Positions 46,433 through 60,789 of a stretch of DNA of 64,000 nucleotides are shown here, in pieces. Source of the stretch: the human T2T-CHM13v2.0 reference genome, Homo sapiens; the NCBI RefSeq assembly GCF_009914755.1, contig NC_060943.1; one strand, 5' to 3'. The position numbers and the translations under genes are program-made. The notes under the pieces were generated by a model. It did not search any database and was not told where the DNA came from. It was given only the letters and a program-made list of their open reading frames with translations. Position 1 is the first letter of the stretch. Every line of letters begins with the position of its first letter.

Positions 46433-49400
46433 ATATAGAGGCAGAGACAGACAAATGTTCAAAGATTATCAGACATCCCTTACCCGCCTCCCCCACCCAT
46501 AAACACTTTATGACTTCTGGATTTTGCCTGAACCAACAGCACAAATAAATCCCAAGGAATTATTCACATTTCAAAAGGATTCACTTCAGAATGCCTTTAA
46601 ATAGCAAGCTCCTATAGCATGTTTAAAATAGGATCTGAATCCCAATTTTATTATACAGAGAAAGAGAAGCACACACATACATATGAATAATGATTTAGAA
46701 GGTTAGACACCAAGGTGTTAAAAGTTTATGTTTCTATGTAAGTAGTATTGTAGATACTTTAATGTCTGACTGCGGTCTGGCTTCTCTGTGATTATTACTT
46801 CTGTAATAAGATAAAAGCAGTAAAGTATTTTTAATTTAACAAAAGACAATTCCACCCCCCAAAAAATGTAAGCTTCAATTTATAAAGATGTAACTCTCCA
46901 CCTGTTTTCAGAAGAACATTTGCTGTGTAAAAAGAGGCTCTCCAGGAACATGCTATTTAGTCCTCATTCTTCGATAACTGAGCATGGGGGCTCTGAGTAC
47001 ATCACTTGGGTGGGGAGCTTGAGGCACCTCTGTGGTCCCCTACCACACCCACTACACCAAGAGATGGCCCACCAAGAGTTGTCCTGGTGGCAACCAGGAC
47101 TCAGGGGAAGGAGAGGCTGGAAATGTGGGGTGCCTCTGGGACCATGGACCTCCAAAGCTCTGCAGCACCTGGACATTAACTACGTTTATTCATTCAGCAA
47201 ACACACATTGATCACTACTCCATAAACAGCCCTGTATGGGAGAAACAGATAAAGTATGCAAGGATCACCCCCTAACCCCCGGTAAGGGAGCTGGTGGTCT
47301 GGTAAGAAGAATCAACACCTCCACAGCTAAGTGGAATACAAGCTGGACTGTGAGACCCACAGTAGGGATCTTAGCAAGGGACTCAGGAAGGGAAACAATT
47401 CATTGTAATGGGTGGGGGTGGGGGAGATAGCAGGGACTTATCAAATGTTTGTGGAAATGAGCTCAAGTAGCATTTGAGCTGGGTCTTAAGAGGCCTCCTC
47501 GTCTCTCCCTGATGCTCGGAGAGTCTTATTAGACACAGACAGCTGGATCTCCCCTACAACCAGAGCCACTGTCGTTTGGGCAAAAGTCAATCCTTCCTCG
47601 CCAGCGGCTGTCACCAGAAGTGGCAGCCTCATTGCATCTCATTCTGAGGCGTGAGAGCCTCAGAAACAAGAGCCAGTGAGTCTTGGGGTATCTGAGCCAC
47701 AGGCAGCCCGTGTGGGAGTCTCGGAGCCCACTCAAGAGCGTGGATAAACCTCGGGACAGGATTGTGACAGGCAGCATATGCAGAAAGTTGAGTCAGCCCT
47801 GGAGAGTGGTGCATCCTGAGCAGCTCCAGCAGGCGGTGCCTGGGAGAGATGGGCTGCACCGCGTGAATCAGAGGGCACCTGTCATGATGGAGACAGATGT
47901 GTGGGGTAAGCCAGCCACACCACAAATCAAAAATAACAAGGAAAACTCTGGGCAAATGAAACTAGAGAAACGTCAGCTCTTAGCCTTGCCAAAGCCGGGC
48001 TGCTCTGTGCACAGAGACTCACCCGAGACAACAGAAACAGGGCTGGGTGGACGTTTTGCAAATGAATAGTCAGAGAGAGCCATGGGTTGCATTTGTTGAC
48101 GGTGTCAGAAAACTAAAATCAGTCAAATAAATGAGAAATTTGCCATTTCCCCCCCAAATTTTATGAGGCGGGGACTAAGAAAATGATCCATCAAGCAGGA
48201 AATATTTTAGCTGTTGGTTTTTATTTATTAGAGAGGTGTACAGAGTTTGGCATGCTACAGTGTACATTTTCTACAAAATAGAAATCCATAAAAGCCAGAG
48301 AGAAAGTTGAGATTTTGTCCCTGCTTGTTGCTGTGAAGTTCTCCGTTTCCCAATGTATGTCACTGGTAAAGATGAAAAGGGGAATTTTCACTGTAAGATC
48401 ATATGCAAATGACCCTCGAGATGATTCAGCCACTCCAATGTGGAGGCGTCTACTATCTTCCCACAACCTGGCTTACTCAGGCTTTCAGGGCTAGAGATGT
48501 GAACTTTAGCTGTATCCTGACTATAGCAGAATCTTTTTGCACCATGCATGACATTCCCGCAGCCCTCCCCGACTTCAACCCCTGCTGGGGTGGAAGCTTC
48601 TAGGATTGACCCAGGCTCCTGTACAGGAGAAAGAGATACTCAAGGGGGAAACCCGCGCCTCTCTGATTTTCCCTCCAGGGCTTCCTCTAAGCCATGTTGC
48701 CTGTTTGGCTCAAGATCAGGCTCTGCGGAAGCACACTGCAGTTGGATGGCTCCTGGAGGGTCCCACAGGTGAATGTCTGCATCTCCCTGTCCGCAGGCAG
48801 GTCCTTCCGGAAGGCGTTGTGCCTGCTCCTCAGTGTACAGCCACACCCCTGTTGCCCAAGCAGCAAGCTCCATAGCACATCCTTTCTTGGCTTTTTCTTC
48901 TTCCAGACTCACACTCTCTGCTCCTTCTCTCCCACTTTCTAGACTGACCCCCAAATAAATGACTTCCCCCTCTGTCCTTGCCCCAGGCTCTGATGAGAAC
49001 ACAGACTGTGCAGATGTGTGATACCAGCATCCATTTCCCTCACTGGGGCATAGACTCGGTGTTTCCTTGGGGAATTACCATGCTCTTGTTGTGCACAGAT
49101 TTGAGGGAGGCAGATCCAGGAGGGAACCAAAGTGGCCAGATGCTCACTTCCCCATCCCCGAGGCCACCTCTGCGACAAGAACTGACTCATGCCCGAGCCA
49201 CCAGTTTCCCCTGGAGGGGAGCAAGGATGAGGGGAGCAGCTCGCTGCCGGTCCCCAGGGACAGGGGCTTGGTTTGCTGAACTGTCTCTGCTGTATGGCCC
49301 TGGCTGTGGCTTCTCCTGCCTGGCCCACCCAGCTCCCTTGGTGCCACCCAGCTCCCTTGGTGCCGCCTACCTCCCCTGAGCTCCTGACACCCCTTTCCAC

Positions 49401-49596
49401 TACCACCACCAAGAGATTCTCCCCAGTGGAAGGGAACGGGGCAGGTTCTGTGGGTGCCACCCAGATCCCCAGCTGACATGGTTAGCTGCAGTGACAGAGC
49501 CAGCTCAAGCCAGCCTAGGCTAGCCAGGGTAGTATATCAGTATATGGGGGAGCTTCATGGAACCCAAGTGTGGAATTTCACCTGCGCGTCAGGGTG

Positions 49597-49945
49597 GGGT
49601 TATGATCTGAATGTTTATGTCCTCCCAATATTCATATGTTGAAATCCTAACCCTCAAAATGATGGTACAAGAAGGTGAGGGCCTTTGGGAGGTCATTATG
49701 TCATGAAGGCTCTATGGAATTAGTGTCCTTATAAAAGAGACCCCAGAGGGACCCTCACTCTTTCCATCAAGGACACAAATAGAAAGCACTGTCCATGAAC
49801 CAGGAAGCCCTCACCAGACACCAAATCTGCTGGTGCCTCCATCTTGGACTTCCCAGCCTCTAGAATGGTGAGAAATAAATTTCTGTTGTTTATAAGCCAT
49901 GCAGCCTATGGGATTTTGTTATAGCAGCCTGGATGGACTAAGACA
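49597..49945 (+). mobile_element. MLT1A-like MaLR solo LTR
   Basis: tatgatctgaatgtttatgtcc...ttcatatgttgaaatcc...aataaatttctgttgtttataagcca...gactaagaca. Confidence 0.82.
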
Positions 49946-50091
49946 CCATCACTACCCAGTGTCTAACACATCTGCTTCATGCCCCTCTCTCTACCTACCG
50001 GCTTCCTTCACTTAGGGCCGCGCAGCTGGTGAAAAATGACCCACTCCCAAATATTCGTGATACTTGCAGCTACCCAAAGAAAGGGCGTTCA

Positions 50092-50236
50092 CCTCTTTCT
50101 CCCACTTTCTCTCTCTTTCTCTCTCTCTCTTCCTCCCTCCCTCCCTCTCTCCCTCCCTTCCTTTCCTCCATTTCTCTCTCTTTCTCTCTCTCTCTCTGTC
50201 TCTCTCATGCATACAGAGAGAGAGAGAGAGAGAGAG
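50092..50236. repeat. (CT)n/(CCCT)n tract followed by (GA)n
   Basis: Read directly. Confidence 0.9.
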
Positions 50237-50345
50237 TCCTAATTCAAATTCCCAGAGAAGCACTCAGATTGGCACAGCTCGGGTCAGACAACCACCCTTA
50301 ATTCATTCAGCCAACGATGACAAGGCACGAGGAGTTATCCAGTGA

Positions 50346-50410
50346 GACTGCCAGCCCCAACCCCTAGGACTGCCAGCCCCAACCCCTAGGACTACCAGCC
50401 TCACCCCCAC
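50346..50410. repeat. 22-bp tandem repeat (gactgccagccccaacccctag) x2 plus a degenerate third copy
   Basis: Two identical units at 50346 and 50368. Confidence 0.85.
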
Positions 50411-50469
50411 TGTTGGAGGGAACAGAGAGCCACCGGGATCTGGGAAGATGCTCTAAAGGATGTTCACCA

Positions 50470-50632
50470 CAGCAGCACTTTTCAACAGTCTCCATGCATA
50501 CGAATCACAGGAAGACCTTATTAAAAAGCAGGTCTTGCTTCACTGGGCCTAGGGTAAGGCCTGAGGGTCTGCATTTCTAGCAAACTCTCGGAGGCTGCTG
50601 ATGTGGCTGTACAGGACCCATACGTTGAGTAG
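50470..50632. mobile_element. MER5A-like hAT-Charlie MITE
   Basis: tctgcatttctagcaaactctcggaggctgctgatg...ttgagtagca matches MER5A motifs. Confidence 0.65.
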
Positions 50633-52712
50633 CAGAGCATTCCAGATTGGGCAAGGAGGACATACTCACCCCTCTTCATCTCACCAAGGAAGCCACCCAC
50701 CCCTCCTTCCTTCCAATGAGAGAAATCTGTTTGCTTAACTGCAAAGATTAAAAGGAAGCCTTCTTGCTTGTTGAGATATGATAAGGGGTGAGTTGTCACT
50801 GACATTTTGATGAGGCTTTTTTTACACCGGGACATTTAACAAAGCCTACAAACCAAACCATTAAATGTTCAGCCAAGCAATTACTTTCACCAAGTAGTGA
50901 GCAAATCAGATCAAATCAGACCCCAGCCCTAAGCCTCACCCCATCATCTGCCAGGGATGGTGATGGGAACATCACTGATAAATTATAAATGGTAATTCTA
51001 CATCTGGACACAGTACTTTTGCCTTGACCACATCAACTGGCCACGTCAAAGTGGTCTGTCATCTGTCCCACTTGCCCAGTCCCCAGAGTCCTCAGCTATT
51101 TACCCTGCGCCCCCAGCCTCCCGTAAATCTCACCCCCTGCAGTCGTGGTGTCTTCTGCCTTCTTTCAAGATGGATCCTGATCTGCAGAGACCCTGATCTG
51201 CACTCATCATAATGTGCTTTCCCCTCCCTGGTCTCCATCTGCTCTTGTCCTGTCCTGTTTGTGATCTCGATTGCCACAGGTACCAGCCTTCCCTATTCCA
51301 ACTGCTCTTTGTGGCTGCAGCCAGTGTGGCCCTTCAGAGACCTTCCCTTCTTGCTATCAGTCTGCAAGTGGCCAAGGTCTCTGCACAAGGCACCCCAGGC
51401 CTGGGTCAGGGACCATTTAGGGCAGCAGCACCATCTTACCGGTGACCCTACAAACTGAATGCTACAGTGCCTGCTGTGAGGCTGCCAGGTGGTGGAGGTC
51501 CATATGTCCCTTTACTCAGAGCCTCAGAAACAGGCATATGGGGGCCCTGGGGGGCCACATGGCACTGTGTTCCGGGGACCACCTTCTAAGGGGAATCCTG
51601 CCAATGCAGAAGCAACACAGCCATGCATCAGGTACTCAGCACTTCACACGGCCACTGTACCCTATGTTTTGGCCCACCCTCTGCACAGCTGCCTTCTGGA
51701 AAAGCAAGTTTCCCAACACTATCCAGAGCCAGAATTGGGACCCAGAATGTGCCTGTGGTCTTCACGGAGGTTAATCTTGGATGTAGGCCTGGCTCCGGAG
51801 CCAAGAGTCTTCTTCTGGGCATCCACGCTCGCAAAGTAGCTTGCAACCCTCATTAGGGAAGCAACTTCTGAGAAGAGAATTCTGCATCCCTGACCTCCAC
51901 CCAGAGAACCCCCCTCCTCAATTCAGCAGCATGGTCAGGACTGGTTCAATCGCGAGTAATAGAAAAACAACTCATGTGACTACAAAGTGCAGGCATGGCT
52001 GGACCCAGGGTGCAAGCATTATCAGGCCCAATTCTTCTCCTGTCTCTTGGTTCTGCCTTCCTTGGACTGACCTGGCTGCAAGGCAGGCTCCTCTCCATGT
52101 CTTGACTCCAAGGGCTCCTGCCTCACATATTCCTAATTTAGCAGCTAGTGGAATGGGTCCATTGGTCTGGCTTGGGTTGTGTGCCACACGGAGCCATTCA
52201 CGGTGGTCAGGGAGACATGGTGCTCTTCTTGGCCAGGCATGAGTCATAAGCCTAACACTAGAGCTAAGGACTGAGGGTGGGAGGTGGGGCTCCCCAGAGA
52301 GAAGTTGAGGAGCTGCTAGCAAAAGAAGGCAAGCAAATCACAATTTGGCTAAAATAACTAAACTTTTGGGAATAACACATAGCATTTTGACTTGCAATTA
52401 CTACAAATAATATTACATTAAGCAGTTAACCAACAGACTCAAGAAATAGCATGTCCTGGATAATTCCATATTTCTAGTTAATGTAGTTAAGCCCCACACA
52501 CCATACTCTCAGATTGCTGAAATTCTTAATTTGGGTTGACCCAGATGCAGATCCTGAGATTAGGATTTGAGCAAAAGTAGTCTCTTTGGGAAGTCATGAA
52601 ATATCTGCAGGGTAGAGGGAAAGTGAGACAGGGAAGGGAAGACACCCTAAAAAGGGTGTGCTATCAGGCCAGTTACCACTACGGGAGATTAGAACTAATC
52701 CAACAGGGGAAC

Positions 52713-53064
52713 TGTATTCACCTGTTCCTACGCTGCTAATAAAGACATACCAGAGACTGGGTAATTTATAAAGGAAAGAGGTTTAATGGACTCACGGTTC
52801 CACATGGCTCAGGAGGCCTCACAATCATGGGGGAAGACAAGGAGAAGGAAAGTTATCTCTTACATGGTGGCAAGCAAGAGAGTGTGTGCAGTGGAACTCC
52901 TATTTATATAATCATCAGATATTGTGAGACTTATTCACTACCATAAGAACAGTATGGGGGATCGCCCCCATGATTCAATTATCTCCACCTGGCCTGCCCT
53001 TGACATGTGGGGATTATTACAATTCAAGGGGAGATTTGAGTGGGGACACAGCCAAACCATATCA
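52713..53064 (-). mobile_element. THE1 solo LTR, nested in an older LTR-like sequence
   Basis: gctgctaataaagacatacc...ggggacacagccaaaccatatca; perfect TSD GGAAC (52708-52712 / 53065-53069). Confidence 0.9.
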
Positions 53065-54286
53065 GGAACACTGGGGAGACTGGAACTAATCCTACTGGGG
53101 AATCCAACTGGGGAACTCCAATCCTGGGGGAGATTGCAAAACACACCTCAGAGCTGTCCTACCCAAGGGATGAGGGAGGTGGGGTATTGATACTCCCACT
53201 GCTGTCTGTCATTATTGAAAGCTGTTCTTGGGGCTGCTGACTTCCTGGCACTTCTGGCTTGCTGCTCCCATTGACGAAGGAGCCCCAGGCAAAGAGATGC
53301 AGGTTCTGGCCATTGGAAGTGGGAGTGACATGCACAAAAGTGGGAAGGGTGAGAGGATACAGACAGGGAGCCAACCACATCCACTACACCAATTTCCAAA
53401 GAATAACTATGCTGAATTACCTTGCCATGGAGGCCCAACAGTCACTGGAGAATCATGTAACTCCTCTAGGGCTATCACAGGAATATCATTGTCTGCTGTG
53501 TCAAGCCCTTTACAAAAATATAGTTAATAAAGATTTTTGATAGACCATTGAGTGAAGTCTCTTTATGGTGTTTAAATGTTAGAAATGTCTGCTTGGAGAC
53601 TGATACTTTATTTCACTTTGGTATTATTCTCACTAAGAATTTTAAAACATTTTATAAATAACATGGTCTCTAAGTCATCCTGAGAAAAGAAAACTGAATT
53701 TCAAGTGGGTTTTTTTTTTTTTAGTCAATTTCTTTTTTAAAAAGATCCAAACCAGTTGCATAACCTTCTGGAAACAAAGTCACTGACAGATTGATTTTTG
53801 CACATTTCACTCAATTGTTCTGACTTTTGACTAGAAACCGCCACAGCAAATGTAAACACCAGCCTCTGGTGGGTTACTGTGGCCAGTCCACAGAGCTTGT
53901 CCCCACTTGTTTTCATCCCAAAGAAATAAAAACAGAGGTTAAAGAAGGAACACTTTGTTCTGGGAGAGCCCAAGCTGAGGATCTGATCATTACACATAAG
54001 AGTCATCCCAAATGCAGGCCATTAACCTGACGTTCACAGGGCACTTTACCGTTTAAGAGGCAATTTAATGTCCATCATTTCATGTGACCCTGTGAGATGG
54101 GAAGGACATGGGTTATGAGTTCCACTCCACAGACGAGGGAACCAGGCCTCACCAGGCGGGGAGTTCATGAGGTTGTTGGAAGAGGTAGAAGCCAAACGAA
54201 TCTCTAAACTCACCACGTTCTATGGTGAAGGTCTTTCTGCTACCCTGTTGGTCCCAGATGTTAGGTTTCTCATGAATTAGTAAAAG

Positions 54287-54409
54287 TATTTGATTGAACC
54301 ATCTGGCATTGCCATTTTTATGGGTCACAATGATCAAATACAGCAAATTTGCCATTTTATGGGTCAAAAACAGTCAAACGTTAGCAATTTCACATGGTCT
54401 GACCTAATA
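54287..54409. mobile_element. MADE2-like mariner MITE with an internal duplication
   Basis: Inverted ends tatttgattgaaccat / atggtctgacctaata with TA termini; internal tgccatttt(t)atgggtca present twice. Confidence 0.6.
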
Positions 54410-55620
54410 TGAAACAATTGGAAAGCTGGTTTTGGTGAGCAAGAACACTGAGAAAAACTTCACTATTAATGCCATTTCAGACGGGAAGGACATTTTAACC
54501 AAAAAGATAGGAAGGTTGCATCTTGGCACACAGGACCTTGTGCTTTTGTGCTTGCTGTGCTGTCCACGTTGTGCTCATTGGACCAGGTTTGGGAGCCAGG
54601 GAGCCATGTCACTCTGGAGTCTTCCGGGCTGACTTTCTCCCTCATGAAAAGAAAATGCTAGGGGAGCCCCTCTTGGGGCCACCGTCATGGAAACTCTGTG
54701 CTCCAGGGATAGGGCTCTGATTCCGGCCCCCTCCTTCATCCCATTGACCTGCCTGCCAGCCCCACTGGCCCCAAGAAAGGAAAGAGGGTGGCAGGTAGGA
54801 GGCAGCTGTCATCTGATCCTCAGGTAAGGCATGGCAAAGCATAGGAGGGCTGCAAAAGTGGCAAGCAATGTCATCTGCCTGTGGAACCACCCCCACCAAA
54901 TAGTGAAGATTAGATACACAAGGGAGCAACTCCTCCAATGCATCTCACAGCAGAAAGCTGCAGGCTGAGTAAGAGTGATGACTCATAATGCACAACTGTT
55001 TTAAGACAATACATTTTTATGTTTTTAAAAAAAAAAAATTTGTGTGTTTAGTCTTCCCCTGCACCAAGCTCAATATTCAAGTCAAGCATTTTCAAGAATG
55101 GGCCCCACAGATCATCATCTTCACTGCATTATTTCTAATTGCATTATTGCTTAATTGCAGAGCAATAGAGTGTGTAATTTGAGAGCTGTGATGCCTGGGG
55201 GGCCAGGGATGATTTAACTTTCCATGCAAAGCCCAGAGCTGGGGAAAACTGGCCTGAAGACAGCAGCAGGGGTACAGCTTCCTTTTCCAGCTGACTTATT
55301 GAATATCTCACCTCTGCCACATCAGAGAGGCAGCTGAGAGCAAAGACCCCTTGCTTGGATCACACCTCATGCTACCCTTGCAGCAGAACAGCCTCATGAA
55401 GAGACCTGAAGTTCAGAAATGATGCATCCAACAGTCATTCTATGCCTGCCACTGGGCTGCATGAGCACCAGGAATGCAAAGAAAAACAGAGCTTGGTTCC
55501 TGGCAACTGGAGAGCCAGAGTCTAGCAAAGGGGAAACAGAGCTGTCAACAGAGCCACTCGATGATGGAGACAAGCTGAGGAGGCTTCCTTGAGAAGGGGA
55601 GCCTAGACCTAGTCTCTATT

Positions 55621-55649
55621 AAAAAAAAAAAAGAAAGAAAGAAAGAAAG

Positions 55650-55700
<51 letters not shown>

Positions 55701-55737
55701 GAAAGAAAGAAAAACAGAAGAAGAAGAAAGAAAGAAA
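55621..55737. repeat. A12 + (GAAA)n purine microsatellite
   Basis: Read directly; about 117 bp almost purely A/G. Confidence 0.95.
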
Positions 55738-55905
55738 GTTAGGTAAATAAGGGACTGTGAGACTAGGTGCTGACCAGACCTGCTTCTTTTGGATCCCATC
55801 GATTGGTTGAGTGCTGCCAGAAGGAGCCAGTAAGTGGGGCGGGGTCGGTGGGGGGTGCAGATATAGAGAAGGGGAGAAGGAAAACAAAGGTGTGAATTTG
55901 GATGA

Positions 55906-56382
<477 letters not shown>

Positions 56383-56589
56383 TAGCTGCAAGGAGTTGAT
56401 AAAAGTGATCCAAGAGGATCAAGGTGGATACGGCCTCCAATCTGTAAATGCCATGTGACTTGACCCTGACCATAAGATGTGGATGGAACAAGATTTGCCA
56501 AATTCAGATCTGCACTTATAAACCCCAGCACAATTAGCCACTTGACCTGCTCTCTTTCCAGTTAGTGTAAGTCCTCTTAGTTCTTCCTT

Positions 56590-57880
56590 TTCAAAATCAT
56601 TTTAGCTATTCTAGATTATTTTACTTGCACATAAAATCTTTAATTAGCTATTTTCGATTCTTTTAGTTCCACATAAATTTTTAAACTAGCAGATCAGTTT
56701 CTGAAAAAAAAAATTTTTTGAATTTTGATTGGGATCATGTTGAATCTGTAGATCAAGTTGGAGACAATTAACATCTTAATAAAACTGAGTCTTCTGATCC
56801 ATGAACATGGTATATTTCTCCCCATTTTTTTAGATCTCTTTAATTTCTCTCAACAATGTTTTGTAGGTTTCAGTCCACAAGTCAGGTACATCTTTTACCA
56901 AATTTATCTCTAGGTATTTCAAATATCTGATGCTATTTCATTATTCTAAATTTAAATTTCTTATTGTTGATCATATATAGAAAGACAATGTACTTGTGCA
57001 TACTGATCTTTTTCTTGCAACATTACTGAACTTATTTATAAGTTCCATAGGTTTTTTTAGATTAATTCCTTAGGATTTTTTCCATAGGTGAAGATGCTAT
57101 CAGCACTATCAGCAAACAAAGATGGTTTTGCTTCTTCCTTTTTTAACTGTATGCTTGTTTTTTTTTTTTTCTTTTCATGCCTTATTCCACTAACTAGAGA
57201 CTCTGGAATAATGTTGAACAGATGTGCTAAGAGTGAACATCTTGTCTTGTTACTGGTCTTATGGGAAAAGCATTTTGCTTTTTACTGTTAAGTATGATGT
57301 TAGACTTTTCACAGAAACGTTTTATCAGCCTAAGAAAATTTCTCTCTATTGCTAGTTTACTTAGGATTTTTATCATGATTGGATATTGGATTTTGTCAAG
57401 TGATTTTTCTGTATCTGTTGAGATAAGCATATGATTTTCCTTTTTAGCCTGGTAAAAGTGAATCACACTGATTTATCATCAAGTCTCTCCTTGGTCATGA
57501 TTTTTTAAGTTCTGTTGGAACCAACTTGCTAAAATTTTGCTAAGAATTTTTGCATCTGTGTTTATGAGGAATCTCTGTAGTTTTCTTTTCTTATAGTGCC
57601 TTTTTCTGGTTTTGAGATTAGTGGTAATGCTGACCTCATAGAATGAATTAGGAAGTATTGCCTCATCTTTAATATTCTGGAAGAGTTTGGGTAGAATTGA
57701 CATTATTTCTTTCTCAAATGACTCAAGCCACCTGGGCTTGGAATTTTCTTTGAAGGAAGATTTCTAACTCTAAATTTAATGTCATTAATAGATATAGGGC
57801 TATTTGGGTTATCTATCTTTTTTTAATAAGCTTTAGTCATTTGTGTCTTTCAAAAACTTTGCCCACTTCATCTAAATTGT
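56590..57880 (-). mobile_element. Old L1M ORF2 (RT region) fragment
   Basis: Minus-strand translations ILPNSFYEVSIT, INTDAKILSKILA and NHMLISTDTEKSLDKIQYP match L1 ORF2. Confidence 0.88.
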
Positions 57881-58389
57881 GGGGTGCTGAGTGTTTTTCC
57901 TGATTACCTGTGTATTACAAGGTCTCTCCATTCTGACTATTGGGAATATGACCCAGCCCAGCCCTTGTGATTTCCAGAAATTGTTCTACCTTTTTCTTTC
58001 CAGCGTTTTTTCACTGGCCTCAAGCAGCTTCCTCATATGCAGGCATTGATGGGTACTCAGCAGAAGACCTGAGTGGGACCAGCAGATCTCTGAGCACTCT
58101 CCACACCACACTGTCTCTGCAACTCAAAGAAACCACTAGACTCTGTCTGGACACCCAGGCACACCCCCATCCCTGTCCTGGAATCTCGCTCCAGACAGTG
58201 AGCTCAGGCAATCCAGGCCTCATCCCATTTGTTTCCTTTCTCTCATGAGTCACTGCCTTATGCTGCCTTTTGATCAATGTCTAAAAAGAGTTGTTTCAAA
58301 TATTGTATCTGCTTTTTTAGTTGTTTATGATGGGCAGGTAAATCCAATGCCTGTTACCTTATCACAGCCAGAAGCAGAAGGCTACTCTG

Positions 58390-59100
58390 GACATTTTGAA
58401 TTTGAGGTTCCTGCAGAATACCAAACTGCAGATATCTAGCAAACTGTTGTAAGTAATGAGAGAGGTTGCGACCAGAGATAAATTTTGGAAGCAAATGCAT
58501 AAAGCTGTTAGCTAAAACACAGCTGGAGGGAGCTTCTAGTAGAGGAATGATGGCATCTTAAAGACAAAATCCACTGGAGCAGGGTAGACACAAAGGAGAA
58601 CATGATGTGGGAAAGCAGAAGAAAGTGAGAAATACATGAGAACTCACTGAAGAAGGAGGTCGTGGAAACCAGGGCTTGGAGAGTTTCAAGAAGCTGAAAG
58701 TATCCACAGTGCCTAATGCCCCAGAGACTATGGGCATGATGTTGGGAAGGCAGGCTCCAGGCACGATGCCATCATGCTGTGAGTGCACCTGTACTGTTGC
58801 TTCGTGTGTGCTGGCCCCACTGGTTTTGCTAATGTGACAAACTGGTCCCCTCTGCCAGAGAAGATTGAGGTGGGGTGAGTGAATGAGATGGGAAGAATGG
58901 CACAGACCATACTTTCACAAAGCTTGGCTGAGAAGGGAGGGAGAGTAGTAGCTAGTAGTAGTACCAGAAGACCAGGGCAGGTAGTGGCAAAATTTCTTAG
59001 TTTCAAAGTCTTAAGCCTGTGAACAGTCTAAGGAAGAAAAGGGAATCGTCAGATAGAGCCTGGGACAGGGAAGGAAGAGAGTTGATGGGGCAAGATACCA
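58390..59100. mobile_element. Probable L2 fragment
   Basis: ggacattttgaatttgaggttcct... and a purine-rich body typical of antisense L2. Confidence 0.45.
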
Positions 59101-59526
59101 TGAGATGGGAAGGGGAAAGAGTTTTGCCCTGGGCGGGAGAAAAGAAAATGAGTGCCAAAGTAGAAAAGGTTTCAGATGAGATAACAAGTCTGTGATCCAA
59201 CTACCACTCTCCCTATTTACCAAGAGAGGTTGACAACACACAGGCAGGTCACATGCTAGCCTGAAGGCAGCCTAGCCACAGCCTCAGATTGGTTCCCACT
59301 AGCTCAAGCCTGCAATGCTGAGAACTGTTTTCATAGCTGGTGGCAGGAAGTCCCATAAATGCACTGAGGTCACAGGCATCTGTGCACAGTGCTCAAGACC
59401 ACAGTTTAGGGCTGCCTTGAGTCACCCAAGTGTTGTGACTCATACAAGACACTAAAGAAATCCATCTTCCATAGCATCTGTACCTGAAGCATTAGGTTCC
59501 ACATAGCAGAGGGGGAAACATCTCGT

Positions 59527-60262
59527 TTCTTTTTCTTTTCTTTTTTTAACTTTTATTTTAGATTCAGGGCGTACACGTGCAGGTTTGGTACATGGGTATA
59601 TTTTATGATGCTGAGGTTTAGGATGTGATTGATTCCATCACCCAGGTAATGAGCATAATACTCAATAGGTGGTTTTTCAGCCCTTGCCCCCCTCCTTCCC
59701 TGCTGTAGGAGTCCCCAGTGTCTATGTTTGCCATCGTTATGTCCATGAGTCCCCAGTATTTAGCTCCCACTCATCGGTGAAAACTTGCAGTATTTTGTTT
59801 CCTGTTTCTGAGAAAATTCACTTAGGATAATGGCCTCCAGCTGCATCCAGCTGGAGAGGACCTAATTTTGTTCTTTTTCATGGCTGCATAGTATTCCATG
59901 GTGTATATGTATCATATTTTTCTTTATCCAGTACACTGTTGGTGGGCACCTGGGTTGATTCCATGTCTTTGCTATTGTGAATAGTGCTGCAGTGAACATA
60001 CGAGTGTATGTGTCTTTTTGGTAGAATGATTTATATTCCTTTGGGTAGACACCCAGTAATGGGATTGCTGGGTTGAATGGTAGTTCTGTTTTAAGTTCTT
60101 TGAGAAATCTCCAAACTGCTTTCCACAGTGCCTGAACTAATTTACATTCCCACCAACAGTGTACAAGCAATCAGTTTTCTCTACAGCATCATCAACATCT
60201 GCTATTTTTTGACTTTTTAGTAGTGGCCATTCTGACTGGTGTGAAATGGTATCTCATTGTGA
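59527..60262 (-). mobile_element. L1 3' fragment (old L1PA/L1PB)
   Basis: Minus-strand [24 protein letters not shown]...; poly-T tail at the left end. Confidence 0.92.
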
Positions 60263-60496
60263 GAACCACATGATTTCTATAAAGTATATCTACTAGATCT
60301 CTCACGGTTGACAGAACTTGGCAATCTGAACTGCTTTAAGCCAAAGGGGGATTTATAGGGCTGGATGCAGCTGCAGCTGTATCTAGAACTCAGAAATTCC
60401 AAGTCCTGGCCTCTCCCTCCATCTCTCAGGTCTGCCTGATGCACAGGTGGCTACATATAGTGGCACGTCCCCCAGCTTTACAACAGTTTCAGAGTT

Positions 60497-60789
60497 GGCT
60501 AGGCATGGTGGCTCACATCTGTAATCCCAGCACTTTGGGAGGCTGAGGTGGAAGGATTGCTTGAGGCCAGGAGTTCAAGACCAGTCTGGACAACATAGCA
60601 AGTCCCCATCTCTACTAAAAATAAAGAGGTTAGCCAGGTGTCGTGGTGCCCACCTGTGATCCTAGCTACTTGAGAGTCTGAGGTGGGAGGATCACTTTAG
60701 CCCGGGAGATTAAGGCTGCAGTGAGCCATTGATTGTACCACCACACTCCAACGTGGGTGATAGAGTGAGACCCATCTCTAGAAAAGAAA
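60497..60789 (+). mobile_element. AluJ element
   Basis: AluJ diagnostics; TSD agtt(t/c)cagagtt. Confidence 0.9.
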
